64,000 nt of DNA from a phage. Made by a program: the position numbers and the translations under genes. Below, one piece after another: positions 22,103-31,086 of this stretch. The notes under the pieces are model-generated. The model searched no databases. It was not told the DNA's origin and saw only the letters and a program-made list of their open reading frames with translations. The DNA is taken from the NCBI GenBank assembly GCA_036253495.1, contig GCA_036253495.1_4125.1. The stretch is one strand, 5' to 3'. Position 1 is the stretch's first letter; every line of letters starts with the position of its first letter.

Positions 22103-22585
22103 TTTTTTTATATCTAACATGTTTAATTTGCCGTCCTTAATAAGCTTCCTAGCCTGTTTTACACGAGCAGTAGTGTTGCTACAAGGGACAACTCCTAACC
22201 CTTCCAGAATCGCGTTTTGCTGCGTTGCTGGGAGCCTTTTAAACTTATTAACATCCACAGTTAATGCCGTGTGATGAATCACTTGCTCTTCTGGTGGAAT
22301 ATTATTGTTCTTTTCAAGATAATCTGCCAGATTTCTTAGTACTTCATGAAGAGGTTTATCAGTTAAATGACGCAAGTATCGATTGAAAGAGTTCTGCACC
22401 TTACCTTCCCATGCGTTAACCTCATTTTGTAGAACTTCTCTACAATGCTGGTTTTCGAAGTGATAGTGGTCGAGTACTGGTTTCTTAATCGGTTCCTTGA
22501 TTATAGGATCAATACCTTTTTGCTTTTTTAATAATTCATTTCTGTACGTAGCAGCTTCCTTACTATCTTTAAGTCTTCGTTTCAT
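22094..22585 (-). CDS. HNH / endonuclease VII-family nuclease (gp49-like, putative)
   Basis: 163 aa. LDHYHFENQ…NEVNAWEG resembles the endo VII core HLDHDHELNG…CNAAEG, but the zinc-binding Cys pairs are not conserved. Confidence 0.5.
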   Translation of the reverse strand: MKRRLKDSKEAATYRNELLKKQKGIDPIIKEPIKKPVLDHYHFENQHCREVLQNEVNAWEGKVQNSFNRYLRHLTDKPLHEVLRNLADYLEKNNNIPPEEQVIHHTALTVDVNKFKRLPATQQNAILEGLGVVPCSNTTARVKQARKLIKDGKLNMLDIKKGS

Positions 22586-22681
22586 AATGTGCCTTAGATC
22601 TAAGTTAGTTTATGAAATATTTATGAAATACATTCCTAAGAAATTTTTAAGTACTTTTTTATAAAAAAGATTAGATATTTT

Positions 22682-22709
22682 GAGACACTTTTAAATTGCG
22701 TGCTATAAT
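22682..22709 (+). promoter_or_regulatory. sigma70-like promoter GAGACA-N16-TGcTATAAT driving an ORF-free transcript
   Basis: -35 GAGACA 22682-22687, 16-nt spacer, TGcTATAAT 22701-22709. Confidence 0.55.
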
Positions 22710-22715
22710 GTTTCA

Positions 22716-23192
22716 TGTAGTACTGACAATCCTGTTGAATGCAGAAATGCATATAAATTAGAACCTAATCCACTCGAAAATGTAGAGGGTAGATGAGCAG
22801 TTCAACAGTGCGATGAGCAAAAGAAACCCGTTAGATGTGGGCATATTATGAACCCCTCACGGCGACACGGCTCAATAAAGAACTCCGATAAGCATACAGA
22901 GAGTTCCTCGATAGATGTATAAGGATCGCACCTTACCAGATATGCTAAGGGAGTTTGATGATTCATTTCATTAAACAGCCTGAAGTTTGATTGTATAGAC
23001 TTTCAGGTGAGTGTCAGGATGTTTAAGACTGACGACCGTTGCACATGACTGCGATAGAGAGAAACAGAGCAACCCGCTTTCGTTCTTAATATTTTTTACA
23101 ATATAATTACGTTTAAATTTTAAGAAATTCGCAATACAATAATACCGATGCCATCAGCGTCAAGAAACAGAGACTTAATTGTCTCTTTTTTA
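22716..23192 (+). ncRNA. Candidate non-coding RNA (~470 nt), unclassified
   Basis: Promoter-to-terminator interval with no ORF above 17 codons, locally higher GC, several hairpins. No tRNA-like cloverleaf found by eye. Confidence 0.3.
23169..23192 (+). terminator. Intrinsic terminator (weak), followed by a second GC-rich hairpin at 23199-23220
   Basis: agagac-ttaatt-gtctct stem-loop plus TTTTTT, then tcattcccc-tgc-gggggatga hairpin. Confidence 0.45.
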
Positions 23193-23283
23193 TTATCTTC
23201 ATTCCCCTGCGGGGGGATGAAATATCCTCAACAAATCCCGTCAAGTATTAAATCATTTAAAGTTCTTTATAATTATATTAAAA

Positions 23284-23365
23284 TGAATATGAGTTAACGT
23301 AGTTAACGAATATTCTTCAGCTAACGAATGAAATGAGTTAGATGAGTTCAATATAAATCAAATGA
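23284..23365. repeat. Cluster of short degenerate direct repeats (ATGAGTT / AGTTAACG / TAACGAAT / ATGAAT)
   Basis: ATGAGTT x3, AGTTAACG x2 in tandem, TAACGAAT x2, in an AT-rich gap between convergent terminators. Confidence 0.4.
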
Positions 23366-23424
23366 ATTCCTTCAAGAATAAATCTTTTAAGATCATAATT
23401 TCTTTCATCTACTTTGTAAGTAAA

Positions 23425-23467
23425 AACCCAAAAAAACAAAAACAAAAAACCAGCAACAATGTGCTGG
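23425..23467 (-). terminator. Intrinsic terminator for minus-strand genes 23481-24529
   Basis: Hairpin ccagca-caatgt-tgctgg followed on the minus strand by a long U-rich tract. Confidence 0.5.
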
Positions 23468-23480
23468 CTTCTTATGAGTA

Positions 23481-23642
23481 TTAGTGCTTCTCGTTCATCT
23501 TCTTTACTTTCTTATTGTATGCCTTAATAAGCATATCTCTGTCATTTACTGGCATATTAAGTAGAGTTGCATAATCGACATTATCTACATAAACAGCAGC
23601 ATCCATAAGGGCATTTTTAATATCTGATTTATTCAACTCCAT
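23481..23642 (-). CDS. Small hypothetical protein (53 aa), below the ORF-track cutoff
   Basis: ATG…TAA frame MELNKSDIKNALMDAAVYVDNVDYATLLNMPVNDRDMLIKAYNKKVKKMNEKH, 17 nt after the upstream stop and just before the terminator. Weak RBS. Confidence 0.35.
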   Translation of the reverse strand: MELNKSDIKNALMDAAVYVDNVDYATLLNMPVNDRDMLIKAYNKKVKKMNEKH

Positions 23643-23659
23643 ATCATCCAGAAGTTCTT

Positions 23660-24529
23660 TTATTTCTTCTGGGTTTGAGAAGAGAAGCTGAGATCGAAAA
23701 AATGAGTAGGGTCATACTTTAATCCAGTAAGTTCCCATTGATGCTGACATTCAATACATTCAACTTCCATTGTATGCGATACACCAATCTCTAGTACTTC
23801 ATCCATTTTCTCTCTGATTTGCTTGATCACTTCTTTTGATTGAGTACCTAACCATTCACTTATGAATTTCTTATCTGATACTTCATCACCATCAGGAGTA
23901 ATTACCTTATCAATAACTCCAGCAATCATATCAAAGTTTAGTTGTGCCATGTTTTCAAATACTTCAGAAAACATTTTAATTTTATCATCTTCAGAAATAT
24001 CAATAGTACTTTCAAGATACTTAGTTTTTTGCTGTTCAGCTAACATACGTTGAGAAAACTCTGAATATTCTTTCCAAGTAAGTGGTCTGAACTGAAGAGA
24101 CAAACCATTATTAAGATCAATACTAGGAATTTCAGTAAAAGATTCTGCCGTTTCCAATAGATAAGAAAGATCACGTTCAAAACGGCCTTCTTTGGAACAT
24201 GATGGACATACGACATTGACATCATAACTGGTTTCTTTGGATGCTAACTTGATAGCAATAAGAATTTGCTCAACATCATTGACAAAAAGCTCATCTGCGT
24301 TTAGAATGTTTGGTACACAGTTTTCGATAACAGATGACACTGCACTACCATTGAGTAACATATCAGGTGTATTGAGCATCATTTCGTCACGAGCACTACG
24401 AGCACAGACACCACATTTAATGCCTTTGCTCCCCAATACACCATCTTTGTACTGGAAAATGTTGTTAGTGACGAGTTTAGTACTAATTTCTTCGATTTTT
24501 GTGTATTTTGCTAACGGGTTCATTGACAT
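23660..24529 (-). CDS. Hypothetical Cys-rich (putative zinc-binding) protein
   Basis: Track ORF starts at TTG 24547; ATG at 24529 (MSMNPLAKY…) follows GGAGAAAG. Cys pairs CGVC, CPSC, CIEC. Function not recognised. Confidence 0.65.
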   Translation of the reverse strand: MSMNPLAKYTKIEEISTKLVTNNIFQYKDGVLGSKGIKCGVCARSARDEMMLNTPDMLLNGSAVSSVIENCVPNILNADELFVNDVEQILIAIKLASKETSYDVNVVCPSCSKEGRFERDLSYLLETAESFTEIPSIDLNNGLSLQFRPLTWKEYSEFSQRMLAEQQKTKYLESTIDISEDDKIKMFSEVFENMAQLNFDMIAGVIDKVITPDGDEVSDKKFISEWLGTQSKEVIKQIREKMDEVLEIGVSHTMEVECIECQHQWELTGLKYDPTHFFDLSFSSQTQKK

Positions 24530-24606
24530 AATACTTTCTCCATGCAATAATTATGAAAGTATTTATGTATGTTCAAAACTTCAAAATCACCCAAGAGGAA
24601 TATTTT

Positions 24607-25095
24607 ATGATAAAGACAACAATCAAACGTTTGTTCCAAGCCTTTGGTATCTTTATGGTTGTTATGTTAGTAATCGGTATGATTGTTCCGAAAAGCGAAA
24701 CATCCACAACTAAAGAATCAGAGTACAAAGAGCAGTTAACTAAACGTGAATTACCAACACAAATTGTTAGCTACAAAGGTAAACTGTATAACGAAGATCC
24801 TAATGAGGAACATTTAAAATGGACATTCATCCAATTCACTGTTAACGGTGATGAAGTACTGATGGGTCAGACATATGAATCATGGAGTTATATTGGAAGT
24901 ACTGCATCTGGATATGATGTTTATTACAACATTAACGACTTCACTTATACTGTCGGCGGTGTTCAAAAGACAGTAAAACTTGAAGGTACATTGTATGTTA
25001 ATAGAGAAACAAACTCTATCATATTCAGTAATAAAAATGTTAGTGACGGTTCACCAAAACGAACCTATAGTGCAGTACTGGAACCACGATACTAA
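24607..25095 (+). CDS. Hypothetical membrane-anchored protein
   Basis: ATG 24607 after AAGAGGA RBS. N-terminal hydrophobic segment FQAFGIFMVVMLVIGMIVP followed by a ~140-aa soluble domain. Confidence 0.6.
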   Translation: MIKTTIKRLFQAFGIFMVVMLVIGMIVPKSETSTTKESEYKEQLTKRELPTQIVSYKGKLYNEDPNEEHLKWTFIQFTVNGDEVLMGQTYESWSYIGSTASGYDVYYNINDFTYTVGGVQKTVKLEGTLYVNRETNSIIFSNKNVSDGSPKRTYSAVLEPRY

Positions 25096-25113
25096 AATAA
25101 TTAAATAAAATCA

Positions 25114-25151
25114 AAGCCCATATGGTTAATATCCATGTGGGCTTTTTTTTT
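25114..25151 (+). terminator. Intrinsic terminator
   Basis: aagcccatatgg-loop-ccatgtgggct stem followed by T9. Confidence 0.7.
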
Positions 25152-25204
25152 ATGCATTGCATTTCATAAATATTCCTATATAAACTTAATGTAGGAATTA
25201 TTAT

Positions 25205-27376
25205 ATGGCTGTAAACAACAGTGATTACTTACTACAACAGATAGTGAATAAATCTAATGATACCGTAGATGGTCTTTCAGCTATACGTGAATTGTTAGCA
25301 GAAAGTTTAAAGAATGATAAAAAGAAAAATAATGGTGGTGGTAACCCATCACCTGGCGATTCATCTGGACCAAGTGGTGGTGGACGCGGTTCTCGTGGTA
25401 ATTCATCCTCTATGGGTAAAATGTTCAGAGCAATGTCCAGCGAAATGACAAACGTTGGTAAAACAATGATGAGTACTTCAGCGAATGTCAGTACTGTCAT
25501 TAACTCAATGGGTATGAGTGCATCATCCGTAGCTGGCTCTCTTTCTATGATCCCTGGTCCTGTAGGAATGGCAGCATCAGCATTTAAAATGGTTGCTGAT
25601 GTAGGGATGGCAGTATATAACGTAATGAACGCCCAGCTTGAAATGTACAACAGAGTCAACAGTGCGGGTGTTTCTCTTGCTGAAGGTTATGGCTCTTTGC
25701 TAAAAGGTTCAGGTTCAGCGTTAATGTCTATGGATCTATTCAGTGAAGTAATATCAACTCATAGTGATGTTATTGCACAATTGGATGGTTCGTATGGAGA
25801 TGGCGTTAAGGAATTTGGTAAATTGTTAGGTGTAGTTCAAAATGCCCAAGATAAACTTGGCCTATTTGGTATGTCACAAAAAACTTTATCAGATTTAGCA
25901 GCACGTAACATCAAAATTCAAAAACAATTTGGTGGTGCAGAACTAGTAAGGAATATAAACCAAGCACAAAGTACCCAAGAGTTAATTAAAACTATGTCTA
26001 CTTTTAGTAAGACAATGGGTATGTCAATTGATGAATTACTTAAAAAGACACAATCACTTGATAAATCATTTGATGCAAGAATACTAAAAACTACACTAAA
26101 CAACTGGGTGGGACTATCAGAAGAAACCGCAACATTAACCACTAAAGCACTTACCGAAGCGGCAGGTGGTATGGGGGATATGGGTACTGATTTCCTAAGA
26201 TTGATTAGCCACAGAATATCAATTGGTGGTGTTCCTGATGATTTATTATCTCCAATGATTAGCGAATTCGCTGACCTTGGTGAGAACATGGTTAAGTCTG
26301 GTGTAACCGATGCAAAAGCTATACGTGAAGCACAATATCAGTGGGTGAAGAAAAACAGAAAACGCGTTGAAAAAGATATGGAAGATATGCAACGAAGTCA
26401 AAACTTCACCGCTGCCGCATTTGCTAAGCAAATGTTAGATATGGAAGCTGCAATTAATGCTGACAAAAATCGACCAGCAGATAAAATCGCAGAATTTACT
26501 GATAGATTGAACAGATGGGTCAGTACTGAATTTGTTGCTCCATTCAATAAAATGTATGCTGATGTTCAAAATAATGTTGTTGATTATTTGACAGCAATTG
26601 CAGATCGTACCGATAGTGCATGGGGATTTATTTGGGAATTGGCTAAAGATGGATTTGGGTTAGTTCCAATATTCAAGGATGCAGTTGCTTATGTTGATCG
26701 TGTCGGTAATGAATTTGTATTGTGGCTTGAAGGATTAGGTGCAGATATATTTGGTGATACATACACTCAAGTTTCAAAAGCATTCGATGACTTCATGAAG
26801 AATCTCATGGATTTACCTGGAAAGTTATGGGATAAAGTAAAAGGATGGTTTGGTTCAGATGATAAATCTGAAAAACAAGAAGAACCTAAAAAGAAAATAG
26901 AAGAGAAAGCTACATCTTTCTGGGATTCTATTGGTAATTCAGTAGACGATTTCACAAAATTTGTAGAAGAAAAAACACTTGACTTCCAAAAATGGAAATC
27001 TTCTAAATTATATACACCACCTAGACCATTTAACGTAGATAATGCATATCGAGTCTTGGGCTATGAACCACCTAAAAACGTCCAGACTACAGTAATGCCA
27101 AATACACCACCTATGATGGAATTAACTCGTAAACATTATGATAAATCCGCATGGAAACCTGGTGAAGCACCATTCCCACCAGAACCAGATCGTGATATAA
27201 AATCTCTGGTAACGCCACAAAACGGAACTATAAATAATGACATGAGTTCAGAAGAGATCAAAGAAATTTTTAAACGTCTAGCAGAAATGAGTGAACAATC
27301 ACTCGCAGCAACAAATCAGACAAATAATTACTTAAGAACAATTTCTGAAAATACACAAGGTGAACGCAATAGTTAA
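25205..27376 (+). CDS. Large Gly/Met/Ser-rich virion protein (tape-measure-like or internal protein, putative)
   Basis: 723 aa with Gly-rich N-terminus, Met/Ala-rich hydrophobic helices (MGMSASSVAGSLSMIPGPVGMAASAFKMV), long helical middle, immediately upstream of portal. Function inferred from composition only. Confidence 0.3.
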   Translation: MAVNNSDYLLQQIVNKSNDTVDGLSAIRELLAESLKNDKKKNNGGGNPSPGDSSGPSGGGRGSRGNSSSMGKMFRAMSSEMTNVGKTMMSTSANVSTVINSMGMSASSVAGSLSMIPGPVGMAASAFKMVADVGMAVYNVMNAQLEMYNRVNSAGVSLAEGYGSLLKGSGSALMSMDLFSEVISTHSDVIAQLDGSYGDGVKEFGKLLGVVQNAQDKLGLFGMSQKTLSDLAARNIKIQKQFGGAELVRNINQAQSTQELIKTMSTFSKTMGMSIDELLKKTQSLDKSFDARILKTTLNNWVGLSEETATLTTKALTEAAGGMGDMGTDFLRLISHRISIGGVPDDLLSPMISEFADLGENMVKSGVTDAKAIREAQYQWVKKNRKRVEKDMEDMQRSQNFTAAAFAKQMLDMEAAINADKNRPADKIAEFTDRLNRWVSTEFVAPFNKMYADVQNNVVDYLTAIADRTDSAWGFIWELAKDGFGLVPIFKDAVAYVDRVGNEFVLWLEGLGADIFGDTYTQVSKAFDDFMKNLMDLPGKLWDKVKGWFGSDDKSEKQEEPKKKIEEKATSFWDSIGNSVDDFTKFVEEKTLDFQKWKSSKLYTPPRPFNVDNAYRVLGYEPPKNVQTTVMPNTPPMMELTRKHYDKSAWKPGEAPFPPEPDRDIKSLVTPQNGTINNDMSSEEIKEIFKRLAEMSEQSLAATNQTNNYLRTISENTQGERNS

Positions 27377-27391
27377 AGGATTAATAATATA

Positions 27392-29119
27392 ATGAGTTGG
27401 AAACGTCACATGACTATGGGAAGATCAAAATTATCGATCGTACCCCAGCAATCCAATAGTAATAAATCCACTGGGAGCAAAACTAATTTTGCTTCCTACC
27501 TTCCGGTGGTTTATAACGGATTGGCAAACCGTACTGACCGTTACAGTCAATACGACCAGATGGATCAAGACCCAGAAATCAGAACGGCACTAAACATTAT
27601 TGCTGACTTTTGTACACAGAGTACTGAAGATTTTGGTCTACCATATAAAATTAAATATAAAGATAATATTGGTGATACGGAAGTAACCACTATTGAAGAC
27701 CGCTTAGATGCATGGACTGAACAGAATGATTTCAAAACAAGAATGTATGAAATTGTTCGCGGACTACTTAAGTACGGTGACCAGTTCTTTATTCGTGACC
27801 CAGAAACATTCGACTGGTATTGGGTTAACCCAAAAAATGTCGAACAGGTTTTTGTTAACGAAGCAACCGGAAAAACACCAGTAATATACTATATAAGAGA
27901 TGTATCTCTTAACCTTAAAGATAAAGTTTTTAGTAACCTTCAAATTGGTTTTGATAAAGCTTCATATCCAGGGGCAATACCGAACACACTAGGTGGTGGT
28001 GGTCAAGTTGCCGCAGGTGGTGCATCTGGTTTTACCAACCAAGGTAATAGTTCCGATCCATTTAATACAAATGGTCGTATGGATATTATACCAGTTGGTG
28101 CAGAACACGTAATTCATCTGTCACTAAATACAGGACAAGATGGAGTTTGGCCTTTCGGTACAAGTATACTAGAAGATGTCTTTAAAGTCTACAAACAAAA
28201 AGAACTTCTTGAAGATAGTATTATTATCTATCGTGTACAACGTGCACCAGAACGCCGTGTATTCAAAATTGATGTTGGTGATATGCAAACTCACCAAGCA
28301 ATGGCATATGTTGAACGCTTTAAAAATGAAATCCATCAAAGACGTATACCTTCTAATAAAGGTGGCAGTACTTCATTGATGGATGCAGCATACAACCCAC
28401 TAAGTATATTGGAAGACTATTTCTTCCCACAAACTTCCGAAGGTCGTGGTTCAGATGTTCAAACACTACCTGGTGGTGATAACTTAGGTCAGATTGATGA
28501 CTTGAGATATTTTAATAATAAACTAATTCGTGGCTTACAAATCCCAGCATCTTACCTTCCACAAGGTCCAGATGACGGCGGCGTATCACTATTTGGTGAT
28601 GGGGCAACTCAAGCAATGGCAAGTGAATTACGTTTTAATAACCAATGTATGCGTTATCAGCGTCTAGTTGCAAAAATTTTCGATGCCGAATTTAAGCGTT
28701 TTATGGTAAAAAATGGATATAACATTAGTACTTCTTCTTTTGAAGTTATTATGAATCCACCAATTAACTTGGCTTCTTATCGTAAAGCAGAATTGGATGC
28801 GAAACTCATTAATACATATATGCCACTTAATGAATTACCATATATGGCGAAACAAACTATCCTTGAAAAAATGGGCTTCTCCCAGAAAGATATTGTTAAA
28901 AATGAACAGCTATGGTTACAAGAGAATCCACAAGATTCTAATGCACCACAACAAGAAGATGTTGCTGGATTACAGTCAGTTGGTATCGACTCTCCTAATG
29001 ACCCAGGTATGGACCTAGGATTAGATGCAGAAGGTAATCTGGAAAGTGCTGACGCTGAATACCAAAATCAGCAAGGAAATGGCTCTTTTGACCCTAATAA
29101 TTTAGGTGAATCTTTTTAA
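27392..29119 (+). CDS. 20: Portal vertex protein (gp20-like)
   Basis: IIIYRVQRAPERRVFKIDVGDM…LPGGDNLGQIDDLRYF… aligns with T4 gp20 [22 protein letters not shown]…LPGADNTGNMEDIRWF. Confidence 0.9.
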   Translation: MSWKRHMTMGRSKLSIVPQQSNSNKSTGSKTNFASYLPVVYNGLANRTDRYSQYDQMDQDPEIRTALNIIADFCTQSTEDFGLPYKIKYKDNIGDTEVTTIEDRLDAWTEQNDFKTRMYEIVRGLLKYGDQFFIRDPETFDWYWVNPKNVEQVFVNEATGKTPVIYYIRDVSLNLKDKVFSNLQIGFDKASYPGAIPNTLGGGGQVAAGGASGFTNQGNSSDPFNTNGRMDIIPVGAEHVIHLSLNTGQDGVWPFGTSILEDVFKVYKQKELLEDSIIIYRVQRAPERRVFKIDVGDMQTHQAMAYVERFKNEIHQRRIPSNKGGSTSLMDAAYNPLSILEDYFFPQTSEGRGSDVQTLPGGDNLGQIDDLRYFNNKLIRGLQIPASYLPQGPDDGGVSLFGDGATQAMASELRFNNQCMRYQRLVAKIFDAEFKRFMVKNGYNISTSSFEVIMNPPINLASYRKAELDAKLINTYMPLNELPYMAKQTILEKMGFSQKDIVKNEQLWLQENPQDSNAPQQEDVAGLQSVGIDSPNDPGMDLGLDAEGNLESADAEYQNQQGNGSFDPNNLGESF

Positions 29120-29189
29120 TAATAAATAACAATGTATATAAATGAAGGGAACGTAAAAAATTCCCTTCATATTAATGCAAGGAGATAGC

Positions 29190-29420
29190 ATGTTAAAGGA
29201 TATCTTTGAATCGAATTCTGATTCTATGTACGACCCTGAAGATGATCAGACCGTATATAAAATTACGGATTCCAGAAAACCCAAACTCACATTGCAAGTA
29301 CTTAACAATCTGCGTAAGTACAGAGAATTTAAAGCAAATGAAGAACAGCGTAGAAATAATGTAGTCGCTGTTGTTTATGCTCCAGCACCAGCACCTGATG
29401 CTAATGCCGGAATGATGTAA
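29190..29420 (+). CDS. Small head-associated protein (gp67-like position), hypothetical
   Basis: ATG 29190 after AAGGAG. 76 aa with C-terminal AP-repeat (AVVYAPAPAPDA). Sits between portal and acidic core protein. Confidence 0.45.
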   Translation: MLKDIFESNSDSMYDPEDDQTVYKITDSRKPKLTLQVLNNLRKYREFKANEEQRRNNVVAVVYAPAPAPDANAGMM

Positions 29421-29524
29421 TACCTTAAAAATCGCTCTTTTTAAAGCTTTTAAAAATGACGAATTTTTTCAGTACTAAATAATATCATACTTTATAGGAA
29501 TTAAATATATCTTTGGAGGATATA

Positions 29525-30367
29525 ATGGCTAATTTAAAACTACTACAAGAAGCAATCGAAGCTTTTGCTAACGGCGAGCAAGATGTAGCTGATAAAAAAA
29601 TGCGTAAGTACTTTGTTGAACAAGCACAAGAAATTAACAAAGAACTAGAAGAAAGCATGGACGACGAAGAATGCTGCGATGAAGACGACAAAGAAGAGAA
29701 ACTAGAAGAAGACTTCGACGTTTCCCCAGATGCTGGTCTTAATAGTCAAATCGAATATTCTCTTGGTGAAGAAGACAAGAGTGCTGAAGATGATATCGAA
29801 TTCCAAGCTGGTGAAGAAGATTCTGAAGGTGAAGTTGGTGCAGAAGGTGAAGAAGTCCCTTCCGAAGACCAATGGGCTTCCATTCAAGATGCTTTCCGTG
29901 GCCTACAACAAATGTTTGATGAAATCTCCGGCGAAGGTGAAGTTGACCTAGACGCTGAAGAACCAGTAGGTGGCGAAGAAGAAGTTGATCTAGAAGTTGG
30001 TTCCGAAGACGGCGGTGATGATTTCGCTGATGTTCAATTCGGTGATGAAAAAGTTGGTGAGTCTTTCAAACTAAAAGCAGTTGCTGATGTTGATAAGAAA
30101 GAAAAAGCTGGTGCAAATACTAAATCCCCAGTTGCTTCCCAAGCTAAATCTCCAGTACAAGGCGTAGCTCCAGTAAAAATCGCTAAAAACTCAACTCCAG
30201 TAGTTGATGACAAATTTGATGGCGTAGATACTGAATCTCACACCGTACCAGAAGATATGAATAATGTTATGGATAGCGGCAAAGGCGTAATGAAAGACGT
30301 TAAGAAAGTAACCACTGGTTCTTCTAAGTCTCGTTCCCCACTACCAAAATCACAACCAAAATTCTAA
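29525..30367 (+). CDS. Highly acidic head core/scaffold-like protein (gp68/internal-protein-like)
   Basis: ATG 29525 after GGAGGA. Extremely D/E-rich N-terminal half, Lys/Ser/Pro-rich C-terminus. Located between portal and prohead protease. Confidence 0.5.
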   Translation: MANLKLLQEAIEAFANGEQDVADKKMRKYFVEQAQEINKELEESMDDEECCDEDDKEEKLEEDFDVSPDAGLNSQIEYSLGEEDKSAEDDIEFQAGEEDSEGEVGAEGEEVPSEDQWASIQDAFRGLQQMFDEISGEGEVDLDAEEPVGGEEEVDLEVGSEDGGDDFADVQFGDEKVGESFKLKAVADVDKKEKAGANTKSPVASQAKSPVQGVAPVKIAKNSTPVVDDKFDGVDTESHTVPEDMNNVMDSGKGVMKDVKKVTTGSSKSRSPLPKSQPKF

Positions 30368-30397
30368 TAATAAATAAAACAAAGAAAGGAGATCATT

Positions 30398-31018
30398 ATG
30401 AGTATGATTCGTGAATGGTCTTCATTCAATGATTCACAAATTGTTATGGAACATCGTGATAATGGGCTGGGAGGTCGCGATTGCTATCTTCGTGGTATCG
30501 CAATTCAAGCTGACCAGCGTAATTTGAACGAAAGAATTTACCCTTTAGCCGAAATTGCTAAAGCTGTTAATAATATGGCTCAACGTTTGGCTAAAGGCGA
30601 AAGCATTCTAGTAGAATGTGACCACCCTGAAACTTTGACTATTAACCTTGACCGTGTAGCAGCAATGATTACTAAAGTCTGGATGGAAGGTTCTAATGGG
30701 ATGGCAGAAATCAAATTACTTGATACTGCACATGGTCAAAATATTCGTAAAATGCTCGAAGCAGGTGTAAAACTTGGTGTAAGTTCTCGTGGTTCCGGTA
30801 ACGTTGATTATAATGGAATAGTTTCTGATTTCGAAATTATCACAATTGATATTGTTGCTCAACCTAGTGCTCCCGAAGCGTACCCAACAGCGGTATTTGA
30901 GTCTTTGATGAGTAAGTACGGCTCACCTTGCAATGGACCTAAAAAAATCACAGAATCTAAATCAGTAAATAAACTAGATTCTGAAATTTATGATTTTTTC
31001 AAGAAATTAAAAGGTTAA
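30398..31018 (+). CDS. 21: Prohead core protease (gp21-like)
   Basis: …NERIYPLAEIAKAV…VSSRGSGN…AQPSAPEAYPTAV… parallels T4 gp21 …KRLYPKRILEKAV…VSSRGLGS…WGPSAPDAWVTP…. Confidence 0.75.
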   Translation: MSMIREWSSFNDSQIVMEHRDNGLGGRDCYLRGIAIQADQRNLNERIYPLAEIAKAVNNMAQRLAKGESILVECDHPETLTINLDRVAAMITKVWMEGSNGMAEIKLLDTAHGQNIRKMLEAGVKLGVSSRGSGNVDYNGIVSDFEIITIDIVAQPSAPEAYPTAVFESLMSKYGSPCNGPKKITESKSVNKLDSEIYDFFKKLKG

Positions 31019-31029
31019 CATTTTAAAAT

Positions 31030-31037
31030 TATAAATA
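31030..31037 (+). promoter_or_regulatory. T4-type late promoter TATAAATA upstream of scaffold gene
   Basis: Exact TATAAATA 50 nt upstream of the ATG at 31087. Confidence 0.45.
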
Positions 31038-31086
31038 TTTGTATATTTGAAGTACAGATATTTCAGTACTTAAAGGAGAGAACAGA

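Noticed and set aside
22586-23480. Possible tRNA genes or a group I intron in the ORF-free region
   Set aside because: No GTTCRANYC-type T-loop with a matching acceptor stem and no recognisable cloverleaf; the region is not inserted in a host gene with split exons. Kept only as an unclassified ncRNA candidate.
24530-24547. Track start of ORF 23660..24547 (M-H-G-E-S…)
   Set aside because: The first codon is TTG with no RBS; the downstream ATG at 24529 follows GGAGAAAG. The shorter start was used.
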